Source of the DNA: Halieaceae bacterium
Lineage (GTDB): Bacteria; Pseudomonadota; Gammaproteobacteria; Pseudomonadales; Halieaceae
NCBI GenBank assembly: GCA_036350855.1
Contig: JAZBNW010000366.1
Coordinates: 1 to 54,732, forward strand
Direction of reading: 5' to 3'
DNA: 54,732 nt
Shown here: piece by piece, positions 46,366 to 54,732 of the stretch
Layout: each line of letters opens with the position of its first letter
Position numbering within the stretch: the first letter of the stretch is position 1
The notes under the pieces: model-generated
What the model was told of the DNA's origin: nothing
Database searches by the model: none
Seen by the model: the letters and a program-made list of their open reading frames with translations, nothing else
Made by a program: the position numbers and the translations under genes

Positions 46366-47595
46366 ATGTCAAACGTGTATCAATTCAGTGAGAAATCCCG
46401 GCAGTACCAGACCCAGCTAAAGGCCTTCATGGATGAGCACATCTATCCCAACGAGCACGCCTACGAGGAACAGCTGGCAAACTCCCCCAGCCGCTTCGCC
46501 GCGCTGCCCCTGATGGACGAGCTGAAGGCAAAAGCCCGCGAGGCCGGCCTGTGGAACCTGTTCATCCCCCCCAGCCTGGCCAGCTTCAGCGACCACGGCG
46601 GCCTCAGCAATTTTGATTACGCCCCACTGGCGGAAATAATGGGGCGGGTGCTGTGGTCACCGGAGGTATTCAACTGTAACGCCCCGGATACCGGCAACAT
46701 GGAAGTGTTCATGAAATACGCCACCCCGGCCCAGCAGGAAAAGTGGCTGCCGGCGCTGCTCGCGGGGGAAATCAGCTCCTGCTACGTGATGACGGAGCCG
46801 CAGGTGGCCTCCAGCGACGCCACCAACATCGAATTGAGCATCCTGCGCGACGGCGATGAATGGGTGCTGAACGGCCGCAAGTGGTTCGCCACCAACGCCA
46901 TGTACGAACGCACCCGGATCTATATCGTGATGGGCAAGTCCGACCCGGACAACCCCAATCGCCACAAGCAGCAGTCACAGGTGCTGGTGCCCCGGGGCAC
47001 GCCGGGAATGACAATGCTGCGCCCGCTCACCACCCTGGGCTATGACGATGCCCCCCTGGGCCATGCGGAGATCGAGTTTAAAGACGTCCGTGTGCCCCTG
47101 GAGAATATGCTGCTGGGAGAGGGCCGCGGCTTCGAAATCGCCCAGGGACGACTGGGGCCGGGCCGCATGCACCATTGCATGCGCCTGATCGGCGCCGCCC
47201 AGCGCTCGCTGGAGCTGGCCTGCAAGCGGGTGACCACCCGCTCCACCTTCGGCCGCACCCTCAGCCAGCACCAGTCGGTGCGCGAGGATATCGCCAAATC
47301 CTTTGCGGAGATCGAGATGGCGCGCCTGCTGGTGCTCAAGTCCTGCCACCGCATGGACGAGGTGGGCGCGCAGGAGGCCCGGGACATGATCGCCGCCGCC
47401 AAGATCAGTGTGCCGATCATGGTACAGACCATTATCGACCGCTGTATGCAGGTACACGGCGCGGGCGGCCTGACCGCTGATTATTTTATGGCGGAGGCCT
47501 TCAATTACGCGCGCTGGTGTCGCCAGGCGGACGGCCCGGACCAGGTGCACCAGATGGCCCTGGGCAAACAGGTGATCAACACCTACGCCGATTGA
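46366..47595 (+). CDS. acyl-CoA dehydrogenase (ACAD10/11 / FadE2-like)
   Basis: 409 aa with the ACAD fold. The C-terminal RQADGPDQVHQMALG block is typical of the ACAD10/11 subgroup. The AGGAG sits directly against the ATG, so GTG at 46375 is an alternative start. Confidence 0.9.
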   Translation: MSNVYQFSEKSRQYQTQLKAFMDEHIYPNEHAYEEQLANSPSRFAALPLMDELKAKAREAGLWNLFIPPSLASFSDHGGLSNFDYAPLAEIMGRVLWSPEVFNCNAPDTGNMEVFMKYATPAQQEKWLPALLAGEISSCYVMTEPQVASSDATNIELSILRDGDEWVLNGRKWFATNAMYERTRIYIVMGKSDPDNPNRHKQQSQVLVPRGTPGMTMLRPLTTLGYDDAPLGHAEIEFKDVRVPLENMLLGEGRGFEIAQGRLGPGRMHHCMRLIGAAQRSLELACKRVTTRSTFGRTLSQHQSVREDIAKSFAEIEMARLLVLKSCHRMDEVGAQEARDMIAAAKISVPIMVQTIIDRCMQVHGAGGLTADYFMAEAFNYARWCRQADGPDQVHQMALGKQVINTYAD

Positions 47596-47735
47596 TAGCC
47601 TGGCCGGCCGGGCCGCAAGCCCGGGATTGTGCCTGTCCAGCTGAAGCGGTATAAAGATGGGCCTTTTTGTTCCCGGAACCGGCTGCAGGGTCCCGGTCAG
47701 TCACCCCACCAAGCGCAAGCCACAGGAGAAAATGC

Positions 47736-48503
47736 ATGTCAGACGATGTCGTATTGGTAGATGTAGCCGATGGCGTAATGACCATCACGATCAACCGCCC
47801 CGCCGCAAAAAACGCGGTCAACAAGGCCGTGGCGGAGGGTATCTCTGCGGCGATCGACGAACTGGAAAGCAACGACCAACTGCGCGTGGCTATCATCACC
47901 GGCGCCGGTGGCACGTTCTGCTCCGGCATGGACCTGAAAGCCTTTGTCACCGGTGAGTTGCCCGTCGTGGAGGGCCGCGGCTTCGCCGGCCTGGTGGAGT
48001 ACCTGGTGAAAAAGCCGGTCATCGCCGCCGTGGAAGGCTATGCCCTGGCCGGTGGTTTCGAAGTGGCCATCAGCTGCGACCTTATCGTGGTTTCCGAGGA
48101 GGCGAAGTTCGGTATCCCCGAGGTCAAGCGTGGCCTGGCGGCCGCTGGCGGCGGCCTGATCAAGCTGCCCAGGCAGATCCCCTCGCGCATTGCGATGGAA
48201 CTCGCCCTGACCGGGGACTTCATCAGTGCCGGGCGCGCCTATGAACTGGGCCTGGTCAACCAGGTCGTACCGGCTGGCACGGCGCTGGAAGCGGCCAAAG
48301 CCCTGGCTGCCAGAATCGCCGCCAATGGTCCGCTGGCGGTAGCCGCGAGCAAGCAGGTCGTGGCCAGGGCCCAGGACTGGGACAGCGGGGAAATGTTTGC
48401 CCAACAACAGAAGATCGTTCTGCCGGTACTGACCAGCGAGGACGCCATAGAGGGCGCCACTGCATTCGCGCAGAAGCGCGCCCCCAACTGGAAAGGTAAA
48501 TAG
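47736..48503 (+). CDS. enoyl-CoA hydratase (crotonase family)
   Basis: I re-set the start to ATG 47736 after an ACAGGAGAA RBS. ITINRPAAKNAV ... GAGGTFCSGMDL ... AAVEGYALAGGFE crotonase motifs. Confidence 0.9.
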   Translation: MSDDVVLVDVADGVMTITINRPAAKNAVNKAVAEGISAAIDELESNDQLRVAIITGAGGTFCSGMDLKAFVTGELPVVEGRGFAGLVEYLVKKPVIAAVEGYALAGGFEVAISCDLIVVSEEAKFGIPEVKRGLAAAGGGLIKLPRQIPSRIAMELALTGDFISAGRAYELGLVNQVVPAGTALEAAKALAARIAANGPLAVAASKQVVARAQDWDSGEMFAQQQKIVLPVLTSEDAIEGATAFAQKRAPNWKGK

Positions 48504-48514
48504 GGAGTAAGGAC

Positions 48515-49747
48515 ATGAGCGAAGCATGGATTATCGACGCCTGCAGGACACCGCGCGGTATCGGCAAGAAAGGCAAGGGCGCCCTCGCCCACCTGCACCC
48601 ACAACACCTGGGTGCCACGGTGCTGAAAGCTATCGCCGAACGCAACAAGCTGGATACGGCCCAGGTGGACGACATCATTTTCGGCACCAGCTCCCAGCGC
48701 GGCCAGCAGGGCGGTGACCTGGCCCGCATGGCGGCACTGGATGCGGGTTACGACACCCTCGCCTCCGGTGTCACCCTGGACCGCTTCTGTGGCTCGGGTA
48801 TCACAGCAGTCAACCTTGCGGCGGCCAGTATCATGTCCGGCATGGAAGACCTGGTGATCGGTGGCGGCTGCGAAATGATGTCCACCTTTGGCCAGGACCC
48901 GAACCAGTCGCCGTTCCTGGACAGCGACAACCTCCACCTGCGGGAGCGGTATCCCCAGCCCCACCAGGGTGTCTGTGCCGATGCCATCGCCACTCTCGAG
49001 GGTATCGACCGCAACGCGGTGGATCAACTGGCGGTGGTCTCCCAGCAGCGCGCCGACCACGCCATCAGGAACGGTCACTTCGACAGGAGCCTGGTGCCGG
49101 TCTATAACCTCGACGGCAGCATTGCCCTGGACCACGAGGAGTTCCCCCGCCCCCAGACCACCCTGCAGAGCCTGGCGGAACTGAAGCCCTCATTCGAGGC
49201 GATGGCCAACTACCCGCTGAACGACAGCGGCGTCACCTTCGGCTCGGAGATACGCCGGGCGTTTCCCGACCTGGTCATCAAGCACGTTCACCACGCGGGC
49301 AATTCCTCCGGAGTGGTGGATGGCGCGGCTGCGATATTGCTGGCCTCACCCGACTATGCGCGGGCGCACGGCCTGAAACCCAGGGCCCGCTTCGTGGCGA
49401 TGGCCAACATTGGCGACTCTCCCACCCTGATGCTCAACGCCCCGGTGCCGGCGGCACGGAAAGTACTGAAAAAAGCCGGCCTGCAGTTATCGGACATCGA
49501 CCTGTTCGAGATCAACGAGGCGTTCTCGGTAGTGGCGGAGAAATTCATCCGCGACCTGAACCTCGACCGGGACAAGGTCAACGTCAATGGCGGCGCCATG
49601 GCGCTGGGTCATCCCATCGGTGCGACCGGCTCGGTACTGATCGGGACCCTGCTGGACGAACTGGAGCGGCGCGACCTGCAGTTTGGCCTGGTTACCATGT
49701 GCGCCGCTGGCGGCATGGCCCCGGCCATCATCATAGAGCGGATCTAG
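48515..49747 (+). CDS. acetyl-CoA C-acyltransferase (thiolase)
   Basis: 410 aa. Active-site Cys context DRFCGSGITAV. C-terminal NVNGGAMALGHPIGATG and the GLVTMCAAGGMA thiolase signatures. Confidence 0.9.
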   Translation: MSEAWIIDACRTPRGIGKKGKGALAHLHPQHLGATVLKAIAERNKLDTAQVDDIIFGTSSQRGQQGGDLARMAALDAGYDTLASGVTLDRFCGSGITAVNLAAASIMSGMEDLVIGGGCEMMSTFGQDPNQSPFLDSDNLHLRERYPQPHQGVCADAIATLEGIDRNAVDQLAVVSQQRADHAIRNGHFDRSLVPVYNLDGSIALDHEEFPRPQTTLQSLAELKPSFEAMANYPLNDSGVTFGSEIRRAFPDLVIKHVHHAGNSSGVVDGAAAILLASPDYARAHGLKPRARFVAMANIGDSPTLMLNAPVPAARKVLKKAGLQLSDIDLFEINEAFSVVAEKFIRDLNLDRDKVNVNGGAMALGHPIGATGSVLIGTLLDELERRDLQFGLVTMCAAGGMAPAIIIERI

Positions 49748-49790
49748 GCCCATCACAGGCCCAGCCCCCGGTAAGCAAAGGGAGATTCTG

Positions 49791-50771
49791 ATGGACTATG
49801 TCAATCTGGGACACAGCGGACTCAAGGTCTCCCGGCTCTGCCTTGGCTGCATGAGTTTCGGCGAGAGCGACCGCGGCATGCACCCGTGGACCCTGGATGA
49901 AAAAACCAGCCGGCCCCTGATCAGGCAGGCGGTGGAGGCGGGAATCAATTTTTTCGACACGGCCAACGCCTACTCGGACGGCTCTTCCGAGGAGATCACC
50001 GGCCGCGCCCTGAAAGAATTTTGCCAACGCGATGAAGTGGTCATTGCCACCAAACTCTACATACCCTGGCGCGAGGCGCCCAATACCGGCGGACTGTCGC
50101 GCAAGGCGGTGTTCCACGCGGTGGACGACAGCCTGAAGCGCCTGGGCACCGACTATATCGATCTCTACCAGATTCACCGCTGGGACCAGCATACACCGAT
50201 CGAGGAAACCATGGAGGCGCTGCACGACCTGGTGAAATCGGGCAAGGTGCGCTACCTGGGAGCCTCGTCGATGTACGCCTGGCAGTTCGCCAAGGCCCAG
50301 CACACCGCCGAGCGCCACGGCTGGACCCGATTTATTACCATGCAGAATCACCTCAACCTGCTCAATCGGGAGGAGGAACGGGAGATGTTACCCCTGTGCC
50401 GCGACCAGGGCGTGGGCGTCATCCCCTGGAGTCCGCTCGCCCGGGGCCGGCTGACAAGGGACTGGGACGCCGCCACCGAGCGCTCGGCAAACGACTTTTT
50501 CGGTGACTACCTGTATGCGGCAACCGCGGAGGCGGATCGCAGGGTGGTCGAGGTGGTGGCCGACATCGCCAGGGAGCGGGACCTGCCCCGGGCCCAGGTG
50601 GCTCTCGCCTGGGTGCTGCAACACCGCGATGTCACCGCGCCCATTATCGGTGTGACCAGGGAGCATCACCTGAGCGATGCCCTGGCTGCGCTGGAGGTGG
50701 TCCTGTCCGGGGAAGAAATCAGTCGCCTCGAGGCCCCTTACGTTCCGCACGCCGTGGTGGGATACCAGTAG
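49791..50771 (+). CDS. aldo/keto reductase
   Basis: 326 aa. GCMSFG ... [17 protein letters not shown] ... [12 protein letters not shown] ... [10 protein letters not shown] are classical AKR blocks. Confidence 0.9.
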   Translation: MDYVNLGHSGLKVSRLCLGCMSFGESDRGMHPWTLDEKTSRPLIRQAVEAGINFFDTANAYSDGSSEEITGRALKEFCQRDEVVIATKLYIPWREAPNTGGLSRKAVFHAVDDSLKRLGTDYIDLYQIHRWDQHTPIEETMEALHDLVKSGKVRYLGASSMYAWQFAKAQHTAERHGWTRFITMQNHLNLLNREEEREMLPLCRDQGVGVIPWSPLARGRLTRDWDAATERSANDFFGDYLYAATAEADRRVVEVVADIARERDLPRAQVALAWVLQHRDVTAPIIGVTREHHLSDALAALEVVLSGEEISRLEAPYVPHAVVGYQ

Positions 50772-50826
50772 ACTTTGCCGCAGGCAGTGGCAGGGACCGC
50801 GCCGGCCCCCTGCCACTGCAACACCA

Positions 50827-51519
50827 CTAGGATGCGTGGGCCAGCTGTGTCACCGCCGTGTTTTTGTGGATGGAGGCCACCAGCGGCTCCGGCAGCTCGA
50901 GTCGATGTGCCAGTTCGGCCAGGTAGAGTCCGGCCGCCGCGCAGGTCGTATCCACCATCAGCGCAGCCGCCGTATAGACCTCTATGGCAAGTACCGGGTC
51001 GCTGACCTGGGCCGCCAGCACCTTGCAGGACAGGGGATTGCGAAGCTCGTCGAAAAGCGTATCCCTTTCCTCGGGCGTCAGTCCCAGCCTGTCCAGCCGA
51101 TCAAAAATCCGTGCCTGCTCCAGCGGGCTGAGATGCCCGTCGGCCATCGCGGCGGAGATCATCGCGCGCAGGACAAGCATGCCCTGGGAGCCGGACCCAT
51201 CCGCGGACAGCGTTTCGAACTGCTGCTGCGGCAGTTGCTGCCACTCCCGCCGCACTGCCGCGGGTGGTGAAACCGGATTCGCCTCGACTGCTTGCGCTGA
51301 CGTGCCGCCGGCGCTGTCACCCTGGTACCTTTTGTAGGCCGTCCAGGCCAGCGCGCCGACCGCCGCCAGCCCTCCAACCTTGGCGACGGACTTGGCCGCC
51401 TTGCGTCCGGACTTGGTGGTCAGCGCGCTGACCAGCGCTCCTCCCGCCACGCCTCCGGCCAGGCCCGCGCCCATGCCGCTACCAGTGATCGACGCTACCA
51501 ACTTGTTGAAATCTACCAT
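50827..51519 (-). CDS. DUF533 / TerB-like membrane protein (YebE-like)
   Basis: I re-set the start to ATG 51519. A Gly/Ala-rich membrane segment (GMGAGLAGGVAGGALVSAL ... VGGLAAVGALAWTAYKRY) is followed by a TerB-like C-domain (LVLRAMISAAMADGHLSPLEQARIFD). Confidence 0.7.
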   Translation of the reverse strand: MVDFNKLVASITGSGMGAGLAGGVAGGALVSALTTKSGRKAAKSVAKVGGLAAVGALAWTAYKRYQGDSAGGTSAQAVEANPVSPPAAVRREWQQLPQQQFETLSADGSGSQGMLVLRAMISAAMADGHLSPLEQARIFDRLDRLGLTPEERDTLFDELRNPLSCKVLAAQVSDPVLAIEVYTAAALMVDTTCAAAGLYLAELAHRLELPEPLVASIHKNTAVTQLAHAS

Positions 51520-51602
51520 CGTGTCATCCTCTTTCGGTTGTACTGTGTTTAAACTTTCAGGTCCCACTGTTCGCGTGTAAAGCCCGGCGCCCGGGGCGGC
51601 CG

Positions 51603-52298
51603 CTAGGCATCCTCCCCGCCAAGGAAGCCGAAAATATGCAGCAGGCTGGCAAACAGGTTGTAGATCGAGACGAACAGTGACACCGTCGCCATGATGTAAT
51701 TCGTTTCACCGCCGCGCACGATATTCTGGGTCTCAAACATGATCAGACCGCTCATGAGCAGGACGAACAGTCCCGACACGGCGAGGGACAGTGCCGGCAT
51801 CTGGAAAAAGATTGCCGCGAGCCCCAGACAGAAAGCAGTGATGATACCGATCATCAGGAAAGAGCCCCAGTTGGCCGTGTTCACCGCCGCCGGGCTGCGC
51901 GCATACCAGGACAGCCCGAGGAAGGTCACCGCGGTCACGCCCATGGTCGTCGCGACCAGCTGGCCGCCGTTGGCCATGCCCAGGTAGTGACCGATCACCG
52001 GGCCGAGGGTATAGCCCATGAACCCTGTGAGAGCGAAGACAGACGCCAGGCCCCACACACTGTTGCGCAGGCGGAAGGTGAGGAACAGCAGTCCGAAATA
52101 GCCGGCGAGTGTCAGCAACAGCCCCGGCGCCGGCAGCTTGAGTACGGCGCTGGTGCCCGCAATGACTGCGGAGAAAAGCAGGGTTGCGGACAGCAGGCGA
52201 TAGGTATCGCGCAGCACTTTCCCTGTGCTGCCGGTACGCAGCTCAGCAACGGTTTGCGCTGTCGTGGCAGTGGCCTGCTTGTTGATGTCGGTGTACAT
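51603..52298 (-). CDS. BAX inhibitor-1 / YccA family membrane protein
   Basis: 231 aa with seven hydrophobic segments. Family-typical N-terminus (LRDTYRLLSATLLFSA) and the C-terminal FVSIYNLFASLLHIFGFLGG. Confidence 0.85.
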   Translation of the reverse strand: MYTDINKQATATTAQTVAELRTGSTGKVLRDTYRLLSATLLFSAVIAGTSAVLKLPAPGLLLTLAGYFGLLFLTFRLRNSVWGLASVFALTGFMGYTLGPVIGHYLGMANGGQLVATTMGVTAVTFLGLSWYARSPAAVNTANWGSFLMIGIITAFCLGLAAIFFQMPALSLAVSGLFVLLMSGLIMFETQNIVRGGETNYIMATVSLFVSIYNLFASLLHIFGFLGGEDA

Positions 52299-52509
52299 AA
52301 CGTGAACCTCCTGTGGTTGTCACGCCCCGAGTATCAGCAGTCGCGCAGATCAGGTCTATTCGAATATTTCTTGTGGATACAGCGCTTTTACCGATGTACT
52401 ATTATTCGTATTTATCGATGTAATATTCAGTATAAATCGGATTTTTCATAGTCTGGAATACACCGAGACTAGCGCCTCAACGTTCATGGATATATCAAGG
52501 AAGTGCTCA

Positions 52510-52677
52510 ATGGAACTACTGCTTCTGATGCTCCTCACGACCCTGTCACTGGTCGCCCTGTCCTTTGCCGCTCTGGCGCTGCACACGGCGATCGAGAGAC
52601 AGAAGACGCAGCAATTGGTTGCGATCAGGGCCCGCGCAGGCGGCGACAGGGTAACTACGACACGTCAGCGTAGATGA
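52510..52677 (+). CDS. possible small single-pass membrane protein, translationally coupled to the LysR gene
   Basis: ATG 52510 with an AAGGAAG RBS 6 nt upstream. One hydrophobic helix (ELLLLMLLTTLSLVALSFAALAL) and then a basic tail. Its stop overlaps the LysR start (ATGA at 52674-52677). No homology support. Confidence 0.3.
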   Translation: MELLLLMLLTTLSLVALSFAALALHTAIERQKTQQLVAIRARAGGDRVTTTRQRR

Positions 52678-53576
52678 GGCACCTAAACTACAACCATCTC
52701 CTGTATTTCTGGACCGTTGCCCGGGAAGGCAGCATCGCGAAGGCGACCCAGAGTCTGCACCTGACGCCCCAGACGATCAGTGGCCAGTTGAAACTGCTCG
52801 AGGAATCCGTGGGAGAGCCCCTGTTCAACCGGGTGGGCCGCGGGCTGGTGATGACGGAAACCGGCCACATGGTGTACCAGTACGCGGACGAGATATTCAC
52901 CCTTGGGGCGGAACTCACCTCCCGGGTCAAGACCGGGCGGGTCGTGGTGCCCGCATTGCTGGCGGTGGGCGTGGTGAACTCCATTCCCAAGCTGGTTGCC
53001 TCGAGAATTCTACAGCCGGTTCTGCACTCTGAGATTGCGATAAGGCTGGTGTGCAGGGAGGGAGGACTGGAGGCCCTGCTGGGCGACCTGGCGGTACATC
53101 AGCTGGACCTGGTATTGTCGGACCGCCCTATACCTTCCGGTCTCTCGGTCAAGGCTTTCAGTCACGCGCTGGGCTCCAGTCAGATCGCCCTGTTCGCCAG
53201 GAAAGGCAGTACCCGCCAATACGAGAAGAACTTCCCGCGCTCACTGGACAAGGCACCCATACTGCTGCCGACAATGGACAATCCCATCAGGCGAGCGCTG
53301 GACGAATGGTTCGACCAGCAGGACATCTCGCCGATACTGGTCGGCGAATTCGAAGACAGCGCACTGATGAAAGCCTTTGGCGAAGCCGGAAACGGGATAT
53401 TCCCCGCCCCGGCGGCCATCAGTCACGAGGTGGAGCAGATGTACAGCTGCCGACGCATCGGTCCTGCGATCCCCGTGGAGGAGAACTACTACGCCATATC
53501 CCCGGAGCGCAAGCTCAAACACCCCGCGGTCCTCAAGATCATCGAAAACGCCAGGAGCGAGTTGTCACTGGATTGA
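52674..53576 (+). CDS. nhaR: LysR family transcriptional regulator, NhaR-like
   Basis: 300 aa. The N-terminus LNYNHLLYFWTVAREGSIAKATQSLHLTPQTISGQLKLLEESVGEPLFNRVGRGLVMTETG closely parallels E. coli NhaR. The symbol denotes family resemblance only. Confidence 0.75.
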   Translation: MRHLNYNHLLYFWTVAREGSIAKATQSLHLTPQTISGQLKLLEESVGEPLFNRVGRGLVMTETGHMVYQYADEIFTLGAELTSRVKTGRVVVPALLAVGVVNSIPKLVASRILQPVLHSEIAIRLVCREGGLEALLGDLAVHQLDLVLSDRPIPSGLSVKAFSHALGSSQIALFARKGSTRQYEKNFPRSLDKAPILLPTMDNPIRRALDEWFDQQDISPILVGEFEDSALMKAFGEAGNGIFPAPAAISHEVEQMYSCRRIGPAIPVEENYYAISPERKLKHPAVLKIIENARSELSLD

Positions 53577-53891
53577 CGCCTGACCCCAGGGGTTGACCCG
53601 GGCGCGGCTCATCCGGGTAATGGCCCTTCTTGCACGGGCGATAGCACCCTCTATTGCCAGATTGGCATCGGGCTGGTGGTTGTAAAGCAGGTGTCTTTCA
53701 CCGTTGCCCTCTGTCACCTCCAGTTTGCAGCTGTAGGTTACGCCGCTGCCGCGCTGCACGGGAGTCTGTGCGAACTCGATTTCCACCCGGCTGATGTAGG
53801 TCAGCATGGAGCCCAGCATCAACTGCAGTTTTGCTTCCAGAACCGGCATCCACTCGGGCTCGGCCCGGTTCCTGATCACTATTTTTGCCAT
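53565..53891 (-). CDS. small HPF/RaiA-fold-like protein (tentative)
   Basis: I re-set the start to ATG 53891 (MAKIVIRN...), giving 108 aa. The predicted beta-alpha-beta-beta-beta-alpha order and the basic helix AIEGAIARARRAITRMSR resemble the PF02482 fold. The RBS is weak. Confidence 0.45.
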   Translation of the reverse strand: MAKIVIRNRAEPEWMPVLEAKLQLMLGSMLTYISRVEIEFAQTPVQRGSGVTYSCKLEVTEGNGERHLLYNHQPDANLAIEGAIARARRAITRMSRARVNPWGQASIQ

Positions 53892-53923
53892 CGTTACTTC
53901 CCAGCTATGAGACACCGTTATGG

Positions 53924-53939
53924 TGGTGCAATGTTTGCC
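53924..53939 (+). promoter_or_regulatory. weak sigma-54-like -24/-12 element TGGTGC-N5-TTGCC
   Basis: GG (53925-53926) and GC (53937-53938) sit at the canonical 10-nt spacing. The element lies about 280 nt upstream of the next plus-strand gene, and no enhancer-binding protein gene is in the window. Confidence 0.2.
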
Positions 53940-54219
53940 TTGTGACCATCCGGAACTCCGGTTGCTGAAGTTCGTCAATTTCGATTGATGGACGGACAGC
54001 CCTCGTGTTACGCCCGGATACCAACGGCAAAGAGATGTTCGGCTAGAGGCAAAAGAGACCATAAAAACCGCAATACGCGGTGCCAACAGCTTTGTTGACG
54101 AAAGCCGGAGCGCGCAGATTCTCACTTCGGGATATCCTGAGCGCCGTCTCGAATACTCCGACTATACGAAAGATTGGTCCCCGGTAAGATGAGTCCGTCA
54201 CCAATTGAGGAGCGACGTT

Positions 54220-54582
54220 ATGAGAATCTATTTACAAGCCCAGGGCTTTGAACTCACTTCCGCGATAGATGCCTATGTAAGACGACAGCTGGCCCGCAAC
54301 CTCGCGGGCTCGCAGGACGATATCATCGCGGTCGATGTTTTCCTGGGAGACATCAACGGGCCCAAAGGCGGCATGGACAAGAAGGCGCTGGTCTGCGTAC
54401 AGCTGGCCTCTCGCCTGTCGGTCCGCTTTGAGGCCGTCCACGGCGACCTGTACCGCGCGGTCTCGGTCGCGGCGCGCAAGGCGAGGCGATCGGTAAAACG
54501 TACGCTGCGCAGACACAGGCGTATGGACAAGCTGGAACTGCGGAGCATGCGCCAGTTCCCCGGTGACTACCTGACGGGCTGA
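54220..54582 (+). CDS. HPF/RaiA family (ribosome-associated, sigma-54 modulation protein-like) small protein
   Basis: ATG 54220 with a GAGGAG RBS, giving 120 aa. MRIYLQAQGFELTSAIDAYVRRQLARNL ... IIAVDVFL ... ALVCVQL ... DLYRAVSVAARKARRSVKRTLRRHRR fits the short-HPF pattern with a basic C-terminus. Confidence 0.6.
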   Translation: MRIYLQAQGFELTSAIDAYVRRQLARNLAGSQDDIIAVDVFLGDINGPKGGMDKKALVCVQLASRLSVRFEAVHGDLYRAVSVAARKARRSVKRTLRRHRRMDKLELRSMRQFPGDYLTG

Positions 54583-54610
54583 GCCCGCCAACTTGCAAAC
54601 ACTGGCGGGC
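54583..54610 (+). terminator. hairpin GCCCGCCA-N12-TGGCGGGC immediately after the HPF-like stop
   Basis: A perfect 8-bp stem starts 1 nt after the stop codon. No U-tract follows. Confidence 0.4.
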
Positions 54611-54625
54611 AGGACCCACGCCCTG

Positions 54626-54732
54626 TCAATGCCGCAACCAGAGCGCGTCCGACACCAGGCAGATACCGCCGCTGCTGGAGAGCAGCGGGCGCACCGCCTC
54701 GAGGATGCGATCGACAGTAGCCTGACTGTCGC
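54626..54732 (-). CDS. 3' end of a minus-strand gene running in from the window edge (product unknown)
   Basis: The reverse frame reads DSQATVDRILEAVRPLLSSSGGICLVSDALWLRH then TGA (54626-54628). Only 34 codons are visible. Confidence 0.3.
   Translation of the reverse strand, partial: DSQATVDRILEAVRPLLSSSGGICLVSDALWLRH

Noticed and set aside
1-54732. A mobile element, genomic island, defence system or CRISPR array.
   Set aside because: I found no integrase, transposase or recombinase motifs, no tRNA attachment site, no terminal inverted or direct repeats bracketing a block, and no repeat-spacer array. Housekeeping alaA sits in the middle of the catabolic genes, so the region looks like native chromosome.

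Overview
This is a GC-rich, densely coding bacterial chromosomal window. It looks Gram-negative and probably comes from an environmental or marine gammaproteobacterium. That placement is an inference from a TonB-dependent receptor, a DcaP-like porin, a strong AlaA match, an NhaR-like regulator and a ycbB/ycbK-type pair. I support about 48 protein-coding genes (two of them partial, at the window edges). I saw no rRNA, tRNA, CRISPR array, transposase, integrase or phage genes, so I cannot point to a mobile or defence system. The content is mostly catabolic. It includes a Rieske dioxygenase operon, a Baeyer-Villiger monooxygenase, three acyl-CoA dehydrogenases, a FadB-like enzyme, a crotonase, a thiolase and an acyl-CoA synthetase. 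It also holds two nitronate-monooxygenase-family genes, three GST-like genes, two LLM oxidoreductases, a deazaflavin-type (DDN) reductase, a haloalkane dehalogenase and a Cys-type sulfatase. Housekeeping and envelope genes are also present (alaA, an LD-transpeptidase with a MepK-like peptidase, BI-1/YccA, a DUF533 protein). Many ORF-track entries carry spurious N-terminal extensions, or are long antisense shadow ORFs typical of high-GC DNA. I re-set starts where a family-typical N-terminus plus an RBS was visible. The most interesting signal is non-coding. A 17-bp AT-flanked palindrome (consensus TGGCAT-N5-ATGCCA) occurs once in each of four divergent promoter regions (24809, 30925, 36786, 46163). 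These four regions head the beta-oxidation, oxygenase, GST, dehalogenase and sulfatase operons. This suggests one previously unannotated regulon of about 25-28 genes, possibly controlled by the TetR gene at 29081-29716, for an unidentified functionalised aliphatic or alicyclic substrate. All functional calls come from by-eye motif and family recognition. No database search was run.
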